From the IMG/VR virus record IMGVR_UViG_2861079508_000001: a stretch of 64,000 nt of DNA; one strand, written 5' to 3'. Within the stretch, counting starts at the first letter, position 1; every line of letters starts with the position of its first letter. Source of the stretch: a virus (taxonomy: Duplodnaviria; Heunggongvirae; Uroviricota; Caudoviricetes). The notes under the pieces are model-generated. The model was given only the letters and a program-made list of their open reading frames with translations. It did not search any database and was not told the origin of the DNA. Shown here piece by piece: positions 1-9,280 of the stretch. Position numbers and translations under genes: made by a program.

Positions 1-367
1 TGTTACATAGGCTAATCCCAACGCCAGCTTTCGGATCTTTTAAGAGGAAACGACGGAAGACGTCCTGCCCATCGGCGCACATTGACGCCACGATAGACTC
101 AACAGCAACTATTGCTGCGTTCCCCGTCAGCTCGCGAGAGGCCAGCTTATTCAGTATATCAATGGCTTTTTCGTCACTTGGGACGGACTCACTAAGCGGC
201 TCTGCCACTTTGTATTTTTTTACCCCAAAACGGATGAAAGGGTTGAGCATCAATGAAACCATGCTTTGCTCGAAGTCATCCATGTTGGCCAATGCCTCTT
301 TTTTTGCATTGGTTCCCATAGCTTTCATTTCGTCCAGCTTATGCTTAAGTGCGATCAACTTTTTCAT
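1..367 (-). CDS. ATP-dependent DNA ligase, N-terminal ~122 codons only (gene runs off the window start)
   Basis: Minus-strand ORF from ATG at 365-367 (ATGA overlap with upstream stop) open to position 1; translation contains RELTGNAAI and DVFRRFLLKD...GVGIS, resembling the N-terminal region of T4-type ligases; KxDG adenylation motif would lie outside the window. Confidence 0.4.
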   Translation of the reverse strand, partial: MKKLIALKHKLDEMKAMGTNAKKEALANMDDFEQSMVSLMLNPFIRFGVKKYKVAEPLSESVPSDEKAIDILNKLASRELTGNAAIVAVESIVASMCADGQDVFRRFLLKDPKAGVGISLCN

Positions 368-834
368 TGTTGTTTTACCTCCATATGTTGATCGATTTGC
401 TCATGTGTTTCTTTTGTTGTTTCTTCAAGCAACGCCGCATACACGTCAGTGATCGCTGTTTGTGATGTGGTGCTCTTCTTAACCATGCTATTAATCGTTA
501 CACTGTCACGTTTTCGTTTTATAGTTCTGGCTTGTTTATTCCGTTCTTCAACCTCCTTAATGAGCGCGGTCATATCTTCGAAATACAGAGATTCTCCTTT
601 ACGAATCTCTTCAACCATCATTTTTAACGCCTTGCATTTGCCTGCTTTAATAGCGGTTGCGCACGACTGGAAAGAAGTTCGAGGAAGACGGTTTTCTTTG
701 AAGGCAAGAATGGTGTGCTGGCAAACGGAATAGCTGCAATATGTCGACTCACCGTTTATCTTTACTTCCTCACAACGAAGTGAATAACCGTTATTTCCTG
801 AAATAGAAGGGATTTTTGACAAATCAGCTTTCAC
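364..834 (-). CDS. hypothetical protein (Cys-rich N-terminus)
   Basis: 156-aa ORF in the same orientation as flanking replication genes; stop overlaps ligase start; no family recognised. Confidence 0.45.
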   Translation of the reverse strand: MKADLSKIPSISGNNGYSLRCEEVKINGESTYCSYSVCQHTILAFKENRLPRTSFQSCATAIKAGKCKALKMMVEEIRKGESLYFEDMTALIKEVEERNKQARTIKRKRDSVTINSMVKKSTTSQTAITDVYAALLEETTKETHEQIDQHMEVKQQ

Positions 835-900
835 AATTACCGCCAGAAATAATCTTGTGCTTACCTATCATTATTTGCGTAAAAACGACACACAGAGAGC

Positions 901-1677
901 TTACCAACTTCCCCAGCTAATCATCTTGCGCTGATCGCTTTCTAAGCGATAAGGGGCAAGAAGCTCTGTGACATGATTGGTGGCGTATGATTTAGCCTCT
1001 TGCTTAATCATCGGTAATTCGTTAGCAATCCTGACCATCTTCCCAGCAAATTCCGCCATTACGCCATCACAAGCCTTCCCCGCATCAACAACGATATGCA
1101 CAAGATCCAACTGGCTTTTGCACATATCCCAAAGAGACGCGTATTCACTCTCTCTGATTACATTTACGGCACTATTAGCCCCTTTATTAATCAAAACTTC
1201 CAACAGATTTTTCGGGGTAACGAAATCTGCTTTCAGAGATAATGTCTTTTCACCACTTATCGAACGCAAGTACTCTTCGTAGTTATTCTTCATCAAACCG
1301 CTGCTGCGCATTGCTAGAACTGCTTCTTGAATGGCCGCTTCAATAGTTTCGTCGTTTGAAAGACAAAAAACGGTATTTGTGTAGATCACTCTGCCATCAA
1401 GCCATGCTCCAACCTGCACTTTAAGACTGAGCGGGTTTTCTTTGCTAATAAAAACAACTAATGCAGAACGCCGTGCACAAGAAGGTTCGCCCCATACGTG
1501 TAACTCAACCTTCAGATAAGGCAACCCTGGTAGCGGGATCTCGTCCATACGAGCAGCGATATGATTCATTGCTGTATTGACGGCCTTTCCAATGATGTCT
1601 AGTCGACTGCCCTCGCTGATTTCTAAACCTGTTTTATCAATGATGTCACAGGCCAATTTCTGAATTTCGTCTTTCAT
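901..1677 (-). CDS. hypothetical protein
   Basis: 258-aa ORF; RBS-like AGGAG upstream of ATG; no recognisable motifs. Confidence 0.5.
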   Translation of the reverse strand: MKDEIQKLACDIIDKTGLEISEGSRLDIIGKAVNTAMNHIAARMDEIPLPGLPYLKVELHVWGEPSCARRSALVVFISKENPLSLKVQVGAWLDGRVIYTNTVFCLSNDETIEAAIQEAVLAMRSSGLMKNNYEEYLRSISGEKTLSLKADFVTPKNLLEVLINKGANSAVNVIRESEYASLWDMCKSQLDLVHIVVDAGKACDGVMAEFAGKMVRIANELPMIKQEAKSYATNHVTELLAPYRLESDQRKMISWGSW

Positions 1678-1718
1678 ACCAACTCCTAGCTAACAGATGA
1701 AAGTATTCTTACAAAAAA

Positions 1719-1744
1719 CTAAGTATGTATCTACTTATCATTTT
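1719..1744 (-). promoter_or_regulatory. motif 2 element (TACTTATCA family)
   Basis: CTAAGTATGTATCTACTTATCATTTT upstream of gene 901..1677. Confidence 0.45.
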
Positions 1745-1802
1745 AGGCGCAATAGTTCCCTATACGAAGATGCCGGGCTTATAGTCTGCCCGGCATTCAC
1801 CA

Positions 1803-2216
1803 TTAATGAGCTACAGCCTCACTGTTGCACATCTTTCTGTAGACCTGCTTATAACGCTGTAAGTCATGAGGATCATTAGGTGCCAACGACTTCGATAGGA
1901 TTTTGTATACCACCCCTTTCGAAAACATGCCCTTTGGCTTCATTTCGAGTTCAACAACATATGAGTGATAGCCCACGTATGCACCAAAGCCATTTTTGGC
2001 GTTCAATTCTCCGCACACAAAGCCTGTCACACTCCCATCGTCATGATCAGTCCTGACAAACTTATCTTTCCTAAACATCACCGACGTGGGATCTTTCATA
2101 TCATCCGCAATTGCTTGTTGGCCCAGAGCAATAGCCTTCTCGTCTGTAGGCTTACACCCCACTAAAGCAAACAAAGACAATAAAGCTCCTGTTAAAATCA
2201 GCTTATTTTTGCTCAT
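1803..2216 (-). CDS. putative lipoprotein
   Basis: N-terminal signal peptide with lipobox LVGC (MSKNKLILTGALLSLFALVGC). Confidence 0.55.
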   Translation of the reverse strand: MSKNKLILTGALLSLFALVGCKPTDEKAIALGQQAIADDMKDPTSVMFRKDKFVRTDHDDGSVTGFVCGELNAKNGFGAYVGYHSYVVELEMKPKGMFSKGVVYKILSKSLAPNDPHDLQRYKQVYRKMCNSEAVAH

Positions 2217-2449
2217 GTTGGCTTCCCTTTATTTATATTTATCGCAGGTATTAGTTAATCAAAACACGAGCAGTGCCACAATAATTAAATGGCGTACTAT
2301 TTCTTATGGTTATTAGTTTCCTAGTAACTTTACCGACCATAAACTAAATCAACAAAGCTGACATATTAACTAAATTTAAGTACCATTTTTCGCACACTTG
2401 ACACTTGCCGCGTCTAAACTGTTCATCCTATATCAACAGAACAAAAAAT

Positions 2450-3595
2450 ATGAAATACATAAAATCTTCATCGTTGCTGGCATTAACTTTGCTTTTTAGC
2501 TCTGGATTCGTTAACGCAGACAATAAACAAACGCTGATAGAAGCCGCTACCGCAGGGGATACCGCAGCACAAAGTGAGTTAGGGACAAATTATTTTGATG
2601 GTATCAATGGTTTTGATAAGGATGTAGTTGAGGCCAAGAAGTGGATTGATCTCGCTGCAGAAAAGGGAGACAAAGTAGCATATTATGCACTTGGGGTTAT
2701 GTACACATTTGGCGAGGGTGTAGATAAAGACTTAAATAAAGCAGTTGAGTACTACAAACTTGCGGGAGATGCTCGTGAAGGTAGAGCCTATAACAATCTT
2801 GGTGCTATTTATCAAAAGGGGATGCTTGGTAAAGTAGATCATGCGCTCGCCATTAAATACTTCAAACTAGCCTCTGATGCCGGGTATGTTAAAGCTAGCT
2901 ACCTTCTTGGTGCGTATTACCAATATGGTAAAGGTGTACAAAAGAGTTATAAAAAAGCTTTTACTTATTACAAAAAAGCGGCGGATCAAGGTAGTTCAGA
3001 TGGCATGTTCGCATTAGGCACCTTATACGATGACGGTTTAGGTGTTAAACGCAACGATGCCGAAGCAATTAAGTGGTATAAAAAAGCTGCTGAACTCGGA
3101 AACGCCGATGCCATGACAAATCTTGGCATTATGTATGAGTATGGTGAAGGGGTTAAAAAAGACTATAAAAAAGCAGCTGAGCTTTATCAGGCTGCTTGTG
3201 ATAAAGAAGATAAAAATGGCTGTGATTACATTGCAGAACTGAAAGAAAGCGGCAAATATCGAGCGCCGGCTTCCAAAGCCAAAACAAAATCCGCCACCCA
3301 GCGACTTATTGCTAAATCCATTGATAAGGGCGTTAACGCTACATTTACCTGGCAGGGTGATGATGCTACCTTCACCGCTAATGATGGCAAAGTTGACTGC
3401 ACCTTCCTGAAGGATTTTTCAGAGAAAGGAGGCAATCTGGCTACCTCGTTTGTTTGCACCGATAACGTTCAAATCATACTGAAGCAATTCAGAGATACCA
3501 AGAATGCCTACCTCGCGGTAATGACTGACAACTTCAACACAGAAGTTAAATCATTTTCGGTCAATGTGTACGTGACTAATACTGGTTCAAACTAA
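2450..3595 (+). CDS. secreted Sel1-like repeat (TPR-like) protein
   Basis: Start moved to internal ATG giving signal peptide MKYIKSSSLLALTLLFSSGFVNA; at least 6 tandem ~36-aa repeats with the Sel1 pattern (A..YY..A..QG...A...LG.MY..G.GV.KD...A..WYKKAA). Confidence 0.65.
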   Translation: MKYIKSSSLLALTLLFSSGFVNADNKQTLIEAATAGDTAAQSELGTNYFDGINGFDKDVVEAKKWIDLAAEKGDKVAYYALGVMYTFGEGVDKDLNKAVEYYKLAGDAREGRAYNNLGAIYQKGMLGKVDHALAIKYFKLASDAGYVKASYLLGAYYQYGKGVQKSYKKAFTYYKKAADQGSSDGMFALGTLYDDGLGVKRNDAEAIKWYKKAAELGNADAMTNLGIMYEYGEGVKKDYKKAAELYQAACDKEDKNGCDYIAELKESGKYRAPASKAKTKSATQRLIAKSIDKGVNATFTWQGDDATFTANDGKVDCTFLKDFSEKGGNLATSFVCTDNVQIILKQFRDTKNAYLAVMTDNFNTEVKSFSVNVYVTNTGSN

Positions 3596-4768
3596 TGCTG
3601 CTATGCCTTTTACCTTGCTTAAAAGTTCAAGCTGTCGTGAGTAAGGTTTTGCGCAATAGTAGGCTTTGATAATCTGCCCCGGGGTCGCATCGCCGGGGTC
3701 GAGTCCTTCCTCGCCCAAACATGCAATTTTCACATTAAGACCGATACTGGTCAGTCGCCTGGCTGCGGCCATAGTGTTTCGTATAGCTTGCTTTTCACTA
3801 TCCCACATCATGATCACATTACGTAATCCACGCGCCTTGAGCGTCAGGAACGCGCCCAACTGATCTTCTGCATCCTGAGTGGTGTTACCAGATAGATGCA
3901 TCCCGAACGTTCCTATTGGTTCCACGTAATCGCGTAATGTTTCTTCGTCAAAAATAGCTCGTTTGACCCCCATAACATCGAACGCCCCCTCACAGACAAC
4001 TACAGTCTGTTTGCCGACTGCATTGTGGCCGTTGTAGAGAAACTTACCTGAAGCTGGAAGCTGCATAGGAAAGAGGTAGCGGCGTTCTGCTGTACCGGTA
4101 ATGTCTCGTCCTTGAAATGTCTTCATTACCCCATCCAGATCGTAAACCGGTATCAGTATTCGCATATCGAAAATCTGTCCTTTAACCTGATCTGTATACG
4201 GATCTACATAAGCGTGCTTGCCTTCGACGCAGTATCGTAGGTCAAAATACTTTGCCATTTCAGGCGATATATTTCGTTCAACCAGATAGTCTGGAAGATG
4301 GCCATCTATAGGAAGATCGTAATGACGAGGGAGTGCAACTGGTCCCTCTAACTCGACTGTGCTTGCAAGCACTATCTCTTCTTTCTTTGGTGCCCACCCC
4401 TGGGAAAGAAGAGCGTTCTGCACATATTCCTCGAACTGTCGTCGTGATTTACCGCTGTAGTGCTTGAGGAAGACCAGCTTATTGAACTGAATCTCTTCGG
4501 GATGATCACCAGCGAAGCATTTACCGACGCCACTGGTCAGATTGAAATATACCTTCCAGTTGGAGCTGCCGCATACCGGACACTCCTTGATATTCACTTC
4601 ACGACCGCGAGTACTCACGCCTCCACGTCGATAAACGATACCTTCAGTATCCAACCATTGTTCAAAATCTAATTCGGTAATTAGCTCTTTCAGCTCGCTC
4701 ACGATAATTCCACTTTTAACAGGCAATATTGTGACCAACCTAAATGTTGATATAACATAAAGGCTCAT
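3587..4768 (-). CDS. DNA primase (zinc-ribbon + TOPRIM)
   Basis: CPVCGSS...C zinc-binding motif followed by TOPRIM-like VVVCEGAFD and MMWDSE acidic motifs; start uncertain (track start is GTG inside a hairpin; first ATG used here). Confidence 0.55.
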   Translation of the reverse strand: MSLYVISTFRLVTILPVKSGIIVSELKELITELDFEQWLDTEGIVYRRGGVSTRGREVNIKECPVCGSSNWKVYFNLTSGVGKCFAGDHPEEIQFNKLVFLKHYSGKSRRQFEEYVQNALLSQGWAPKKEEIVLASTVELEGPVALPRHYDLPIDGHLPDYLVERNISPEMAKYFDLRYCVEGKHAYVDPYTDQVKGQIFDMRILIPVYDLDGVMKTFQGRDITGTAERRYLFPMQLPASGKFLYNGHNAVGKQTVVVCEGAFDVMGVKRAIFDEETLRDYVEPIGTFGMHLSGNTTQDAEDQLGAFLTLKARGLRNVIMMWDSEKQAIRNTMAAARRLTSIGLNVKIACLGEEGLDPGDATPGQIIKAYYCAKPYSRQLELLSKVKGIAALV

Positions 4769-4849
4769 GTGTTTTTCTTTTGTGGTTTGGCAAAAGAAAA
4801 GTTGTTTCACCAATGAATCAAGCGTGGAGGTGTTCTCCACGCTTATTTT

Positions 4850-6190
4850 TTAGGTAACGTCTAAGATTCGCTCAATGAAGCGCATTTGTTCGAGGTTTTG
4901 TTTAACGCGAATGCTGATCCCTCCCTGCTGGTTACGCGAACCAGCAAAGTAGAGACGAGCCTCTCCTTTCGCTTCTTCTTCTTCGGTTTTGTTGATCGTT
5001 ATTACCAGGTCAGCAATACGTACTTTTTCGATGTTGTCGGCAGCGTGCATCATTGTGGCAACTTCTGACGCGCCACCTTCACGGTTTGTTTGCGACGCCG
5101 TGATACCAGCAACGTTATGCTTGTCATAAAGAGCACGTAAATCGGTGTAGATACTACGAATGTTGGCGCGATCATCACGAAGGTCATAACTGGCACGCAT
5201 CAAATCTGCGTAGTCGACAACAACCATGTCAGGCACCATGCCATTGGCTTTCATACTGTTAAGCATACGGTCCAGATCTGCCGGTGACATACTTCCTGAC
5301 GGACGCTCAACAACCCACAAACTACCAATCCCCTTCGTGGCTCCCAACTCTGCCAACTTGCGATGAACTTCATCGCGCCGTTCCACCAGCTTGGACATTT
5401 CCGTCTCCGACAATCTTGCATCAAAACGGTCGGACAAAATGGTGGTGTGAACCTCCAGCGAGAGATACAGAACATTGTAGCCAGCAAGCGTAGCGTTTAT
5501 GGAAAACTCACCCATTGCGGTCGATTTACCGGATTTAGCAAAACCCATGAAGAGCACCATTTCGCGCTTTGCCCAGCCTTTTTGGTACAGCAATCTATCA
5601 AGCAGAGGGAGTCCAGTTGTAATGCTGTTTGGCACATACTCCTCTGAAGCCTCATATTCACGCGCTTTCAATCGCTCACTTGCGGAGGTGTAGTAGTCAT
5701 AGATTCCGGTCGCTTCGTTCGAGCCTATCTGCTGAACCTTGGCCATGATTGCCATCGCCCCCTGAAAGTCGCCCTTCTCTTTCAGTTCAGCAGCTTTAAT
5801 CAGAGCATCATCAAACGCTACACTTTTTGCGAATGTGGATACCTGGTCAACCATGTACGAGGTATCAGACAATTTTTCTGCAAGGATGCGCTTAAACGCA
5901 GCAACAACATCCGGGAAGAGTTCCTCACGGATGGTCTTATCGCGTTTCGCACGCTTAAGCATATCCAGAATCGCAGATGAAGAAGGCGCGCTCTTGTACA
6001 TACGGTAATAGCCCGAAACCATATTAACCAATATGGCATTGGCCGCATTGGCAAATTGGCTAGGCACAACCAGATCTCCCGCACGAGTAAGAAACTCGTG
6101 ATCACGACAAAAATATGCCGTCAGTCTGTTCTGGAAATCTTCATCAAACTCTTCGGACAGCCCGCGTCCTGTATGGCAAAGTTCGGTCAT
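4850..6190 (-). CDS. DnaB-family replicative DNA helicase
   Basis: RecA-like core with Walker A GFAKSGKST and Walker B-like MVVVDYADLM; 446 aa; immediately upstream of primase. Confidence 0.75.
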   Translation of the reverse strand: MTELCHTGRGLSEEFDEDFQNRLTAYFCRDHEFLTRAGDLVVPSQFANAANAILVNMVSGYYRMYKSAPSSSAILDMLKRAKRDKTIREELFPDVVAAFKRILAEKLSDTSYMVDQVSTFAKSVAFDDALIKAAELKEKGDFQGAMAIMAKVQQIGSNEATGIYDYYTSASERLKAREYEASEEYVPNSITTGLPLLDRLLYQKGWAKREMVLFMGFAKSGKSTAMGEFSINATLAGYNVLYLSLEVHTTILSDRFDARLSETEMSKLVERRDEVHRKLAELGATKGIGSLWVVERPSGSMSPADLDRMLNSMKANGMVPDMVVVDYADLMRASYDLRDDRANIRSIYTDLRALYDKHNVAGITASQTNREGGASEVATMMHAADNIEKVRIADLVITINKTEEEEAKGEARLYFAGSRNQQGGISIRVKQNLEQMRFIERILDVT

Positions 6191-6209
6191 GTGCTTTCCT
6201 TTGTTTTTT

Positions 6210-6225
6210 AAACAAATTGTTTTCT
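6210..6225. promoter_or_regulatory. motif 1 operator-like palindrome (AAACAAATTGTTTTCT)
   Basis: In the 43-bp gap upstream of the helicase gene start. Confidence 0.5.
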
Positions 6226-6233
6226 AGTATTAG

Positions 6234-6983
6234 TTAATTAGATAGGGGATCAATAAACCGCCGTGCTTCTTCCAGTTCTTCTGGAAAGTGGGCGGAAATA
6301 AGGCGCTCTGGAACGATTTCCATTAGCCAGATAGCGGAGAAAATTGCGCGTATGCGCTTGCTGCGGGGGATGGTGCGTAAACGCTCCAGAATCCACTCAA
6401 AATAGCTTTCCTGGATCGGGTTGAACTGCATGTCTCCCATATGCTTAAAGCTAACTAGAGAGTCATCCAGACGGGTTGTTGCGCGTCTGGCTAATTTCTC
6501 TTCGAATATCTCAACCAGCTCTGGCTGCCATAAATGCTGTGGGCGCGGCAGCTTGTCCCACAGCCGTCGTGCAGCTGCGGAAAGAACGGTGGAGATAAAG
6601 TAGTCGTATGAGCAGCAATAGCGGTCAGCAAACTGGCGTGCTTTCCATAGAGACGTTTTATTGGCAGTCGACAACTCCTGATAAGGCAGGCGTTTTAACC
6701 CGGTGGTGAACGGAGCTGTTTCAAAGTGTTCGCGACCGTGCGTCAGCATGATATTTGAGTACTGACGTTTGTATGCCTCCGTAAAAAGACAGGTGGCCAT
6801 GAGAGGATGCATGTCGCGGTAATCAAACCACTTCGTCTCGAAGAGTTCAGCCTCGTCTTTACAGCGCGACAAACCAATGTTTTCAGCGACCCACTTGTCC
6901 ATAACAGCGGTATTCCACTCTGTCATGAAGTCGTACTGGTCGTTGTCGATGGTATCGAAAAAGATTTGGCTCATGTGGCTCAC
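6234..6983 (-). CDS. hypothetical protein
   Basis: 249-aa ORF; no family recognised; motif-2 element just upstream. Confidence 0.45.
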   Translation of the reverse strand: MSHMSQIFFDTIDNDQYDFMTEWNTAVMDKWVAENIGLSRCKDEAELFETKWFDYRDMHPLMATCLFTEAYKRQYSNIMLTHGREHFETAPFTTGLKRLPYQELSTANKTSLWKARQFADRYCCSYDYFISTVLSAAARRLWDKLPRPQHLWQPELVEIFEEKLARRATTRLDDSLVSFKHMGDMQFNPIQESYFEWILERLRTIPRSKRIRAIFSAIWLMEIVPERLISAHFPEELEEARRFIDPLSN

Positions 6984-6985
6984 CT

Positions 6986-7010
6986 GGTAGGTAGTTACTT
7001 ACTTATCACA
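6986..7010 (-). promoter_or_regulatory. motif 2 element
   Basis: GGTAGGTAGTTACTTACTTATCACA immediately upstream of gene 6234..6983. Confidence 0.45.
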
Positions 7011-7090
7011 ATGAGCGGATGATAGCGACTGGTGGCAGTTTTTGGAAGTGGAAACGGAAGGGAGTTGTTCTGGTGGTGTCTTTTAAAAGA

Positions 7091-7145
7091 CCTGCTTCCG
7101 TATATATTTAATAAGTTACTTATTATTTATATATACAGAAGCAGG
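7091..7145. repeat. 55-bp near-perfect palindrome, copy 1
   Basis: CCTGCTTCCGTATATATTTAATAAGTTACTTATTATTTATATATACAGAAGCAGG; identical copy at 41241-41295; centre AATAAGTTACTTATT is itself palindromic and motif-2-like. Confidence 0.6.
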
Positions 7146-7256
7146 CATAACTTGTCGTCTTAGACGCCCAGAAGCTCTACACTTTGAGCCTGTTAAATTG
7201 ATTAAAAACTTATGTGTAAAATAGAACGCATTAGTCAGTAGCAAAGAGATGCAATA

Positions 7257-8024
7257 ATGGACGATTTATCGGTATACGCGAGATCATTGGATAAGGCTAA
7301 ATACTATGTTTACTGTCTCTATGATACAGAAGACAAGATGAAAAGACCGTTTTACATAGGAAAAGGCAAATCGACTCGTTGTCTCGATCACATCAAGTAT
7401 CCCGATGACTCTCCCAAATCCATGCGGATCAAAGAACTTTTGGCTAATAAAAAATTAGGCATAGATATACTTCGTCATGGTATGGATGAAACCACAGCCA
7501 AACTTGTTGAGGCGACATGCATCGACCTTATGGGGGTCGGAGAGCTTACGAATAAGGTACGAGGAAGTGGTTCCATGATGGGCAGAATATCACTGGACGC
7601 CTACCATCACTTAGTGCTGCAAGAGGAAACTGAAATTGCTCCTGAGCACGCCGGTCTTGCCTTCCTGCTAAACAGCACCTACAAGTCAGGAATGTCCGCT
7701 CTGGCATTATATGAGGCTACGCGTGGCGTATGGGCAAAGGTTCCAAGAGACGAGAATCTCAAATATGCCTACGCTACATATGGTGGGCTGATAATGGAAG
7801 TTTATCAGATTGAATGCTGGGTCAAAGCCGGTTCTCAGCAGTACTTTACAAGGGATATAGCTCTTGGCCCCGACACAAAACGTTATGAATTTGTTGGCAG
7901 AATAGCCGATGAGCATATTAGAAAACTGTATGTAGGCAAATTAATCAAGAAGCCACCAAGCTACGGTAGCCCTTTTGTGAAGGTTGGGGTGGTTAGGACT
8001 GAACATAGTGTTAGCGCGGCATAA
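7257..8024 (+). CDS. GIY-YIG family nuclease (possible homing endonuclease)
   Basis: N-terminal VYCLYD-x9-YIGKG-x5-R...H matches the GIY-x(9-11)-YIG motif; gene is inverted relative to all neighbours and preceded by a large non-coding region. Confidence 0.5.
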   Translation: MDDLSVYARSLDKAKYYVYCLYDTEDKMKRPFYIGKGKSTRCLDHIKYPDDSPKSMRIKELLANKKLGIDILRHGMDETTAKLVEATCIDLMGVGELTNKVRGSGSMMGRISLDAYHHLVLQEETEIAPEHAGLAFLLNSTYKSGMSALALYEATRGVWAKVPRDENLKYAYATYGGLIMEVYQIECWVKAGSQQYFTRDIALGPDTKRYEFVGRIADEHIRKLYVGKLIKKPPSYGSPFVKVGVVRTEHSVSAA

Positions 8025-8076
8025 AGCTGACACTGTAGTTATGCATTGGCGCAATGTACGCGCCAATGCATGATTT

Positions 8077-8436
8077 TTAACCTTTCTTCATCAACTCTCG
8101 TTTGATTTCATCGGTACGCATCGTGACATCGGCAGCGGTGATCGCCTCATTCAATTTCACGATGTCCTCGATTTCCTGCGGTGACTTCTCTGCCAGATGG
8201 AAAATGGCTGCTCGAATCACGTCAGAACGAGTGAACTTCTCGAAGCGAGGGATGAACTTCATCATCTCCAGCAGTTCGAAGTATTCGTCCTCCAGTGACA
8301 TTGTGCGGCTTTTAATTTTCTCTTTGCCACGAGTCGGGCGTCCCTGTGGTCTGACTGGTTGGCGCAAAGGAGTTGTGTTCTTAGCCGGTGCATCAGGCTC
8401 TTTGCGCTTTGCTAGGTCACCCATTTTCATGGACAT
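8077..8436 (-). CDS. small partition partner protein (ParG/RHH-like), putative
   Basis: 119-aa protein with basic N-terminal tail and a C-terminal segment (FTRSDVIRAAIFHL) compatible with ribbon-helix-helix; directly downstream of ParA with start/stop overlap at 8436. Confidence 0.4.
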   Translation of the reverse strand: MSMKMGDLAKRKEPDAPAKNTTPLRQPVRPQGRPTRGKEKIKSRTMSLEDEYFELLEMMKFIPRFEKFTRSDVIRAAIFHLAEKSPQEIEDIVKLNEAITAADVTMRTDEIKRELMKKG

Positions 8437-9104
8437 TATTCTTCTTCCTCCAGACTCAACAGATAATCTACAAATTCTTCAAACTCGGCTTCCGCCTTTT
8501 TGTCGCGCTCGCTACCGGTCATTTCAAAGATAGAACGACCAGACTCTTCCGCATCATCATAGACGTTGCGGTTATATAGATTGACTGGCGCAGACTCGAT
8601 GCCAAACGTCTCAACAATCTCTTTAGCCGCCAGAATGCGAGACACTTGTGATGGCAAAGCCGGGCACTGGTTCATGACCGCGCGGACCTTCACTTTATCG
8701 TTTACATTACGAACATTGTCGATAATAGGATCGATGTCACGCAGAGATTTCAAATCACGACGCTTAGGACGAAGCGGGATAATGATAACGTCGGCCATCA
8801 GCATCGCTTGTCGCTGAATTTCGGAGTCAAAGCCACCAGCATCTACCACTACATACTCAGCTCTACCCTGAAGCGATTTTAGGTGCTTAATGATGTCATC
8901 CTGAACGTATGCAAAAGGAATCAGCTCAAGGTCTTCGTTCTGTCGACGGTCTTCACACCAGCTCGTTGTCGTGCGCTGAATATCTATATCGGTGATATAA
9001 ACCTTCTTCTTCTTTTTGACTTTCAGGCAAACGGCAATTTGCTGGGCAACGGTGGATTTGCCAGGCCCGCCCTTTGTGCCGCCAACCACAAAGATCTTGG
9101 TCAT
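8436..9104 (-). CDS. ParA/MinD-family partition ATPase
   Basis: Deviant Walker A GGTKGGPGKST at N-terminus; 222 aa. Confidence 0.7.
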   Translation of the reverse strand: MTKIFVVGGTKGGPGKSTVAQQIAVCLKVKKKKKVYITDIDIQRTTTSWCEDRRQNEDLELIPFAYVQDDIIKHLKSLQGRAEYVVVDAGGFDSEIQRQAMLMADVIIIPLRPKRRDLKSLRDIDPIIDNVRNVNDKVKVRAVMNQCPALPSQVSRILAAKEIVETFGIESAPVNLYNRNVYDDAEESGRSIFEMTGSERDKKAEAEFEEFVDYLLSLEEEE

Positions 9105-9138
9105 TGGAGAGTTCCCTTTGCGTATATAATTATCGTCT

Positions 9139-9155
9139 GAAACAACTTGTTTTCT
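9139..9155. promoter_or_regulatory. motif 1 operator-like palindrome (GAAACAACTTGTTTTCT)
   Basis: Upstream of parA, next to TATATAATTATCG. Confidence 0.5.
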
Positions 9156-9243
9156 TATATGTGATATAGCCTAAATGCCTACGGCTGTGGTGTAAAGGTT
9201 AAATGGTAGGTGCTGCCTTAGAATTTTTAGGCGAGAATCAATG

Positions 9244-9276
9244 GCTGTTAACAAAAAAGGCGACCAAAGTCGCCTG
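9244..9276 (-). terminator. rho-independent terminator after gene 9281..10033
   Basis: Minus-sense AGGCGAC-TTTG-GTCGCCT followed by TTTTTTGTT. Confidence 0.55.
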
Positions 9277-9280
9277 ATTT

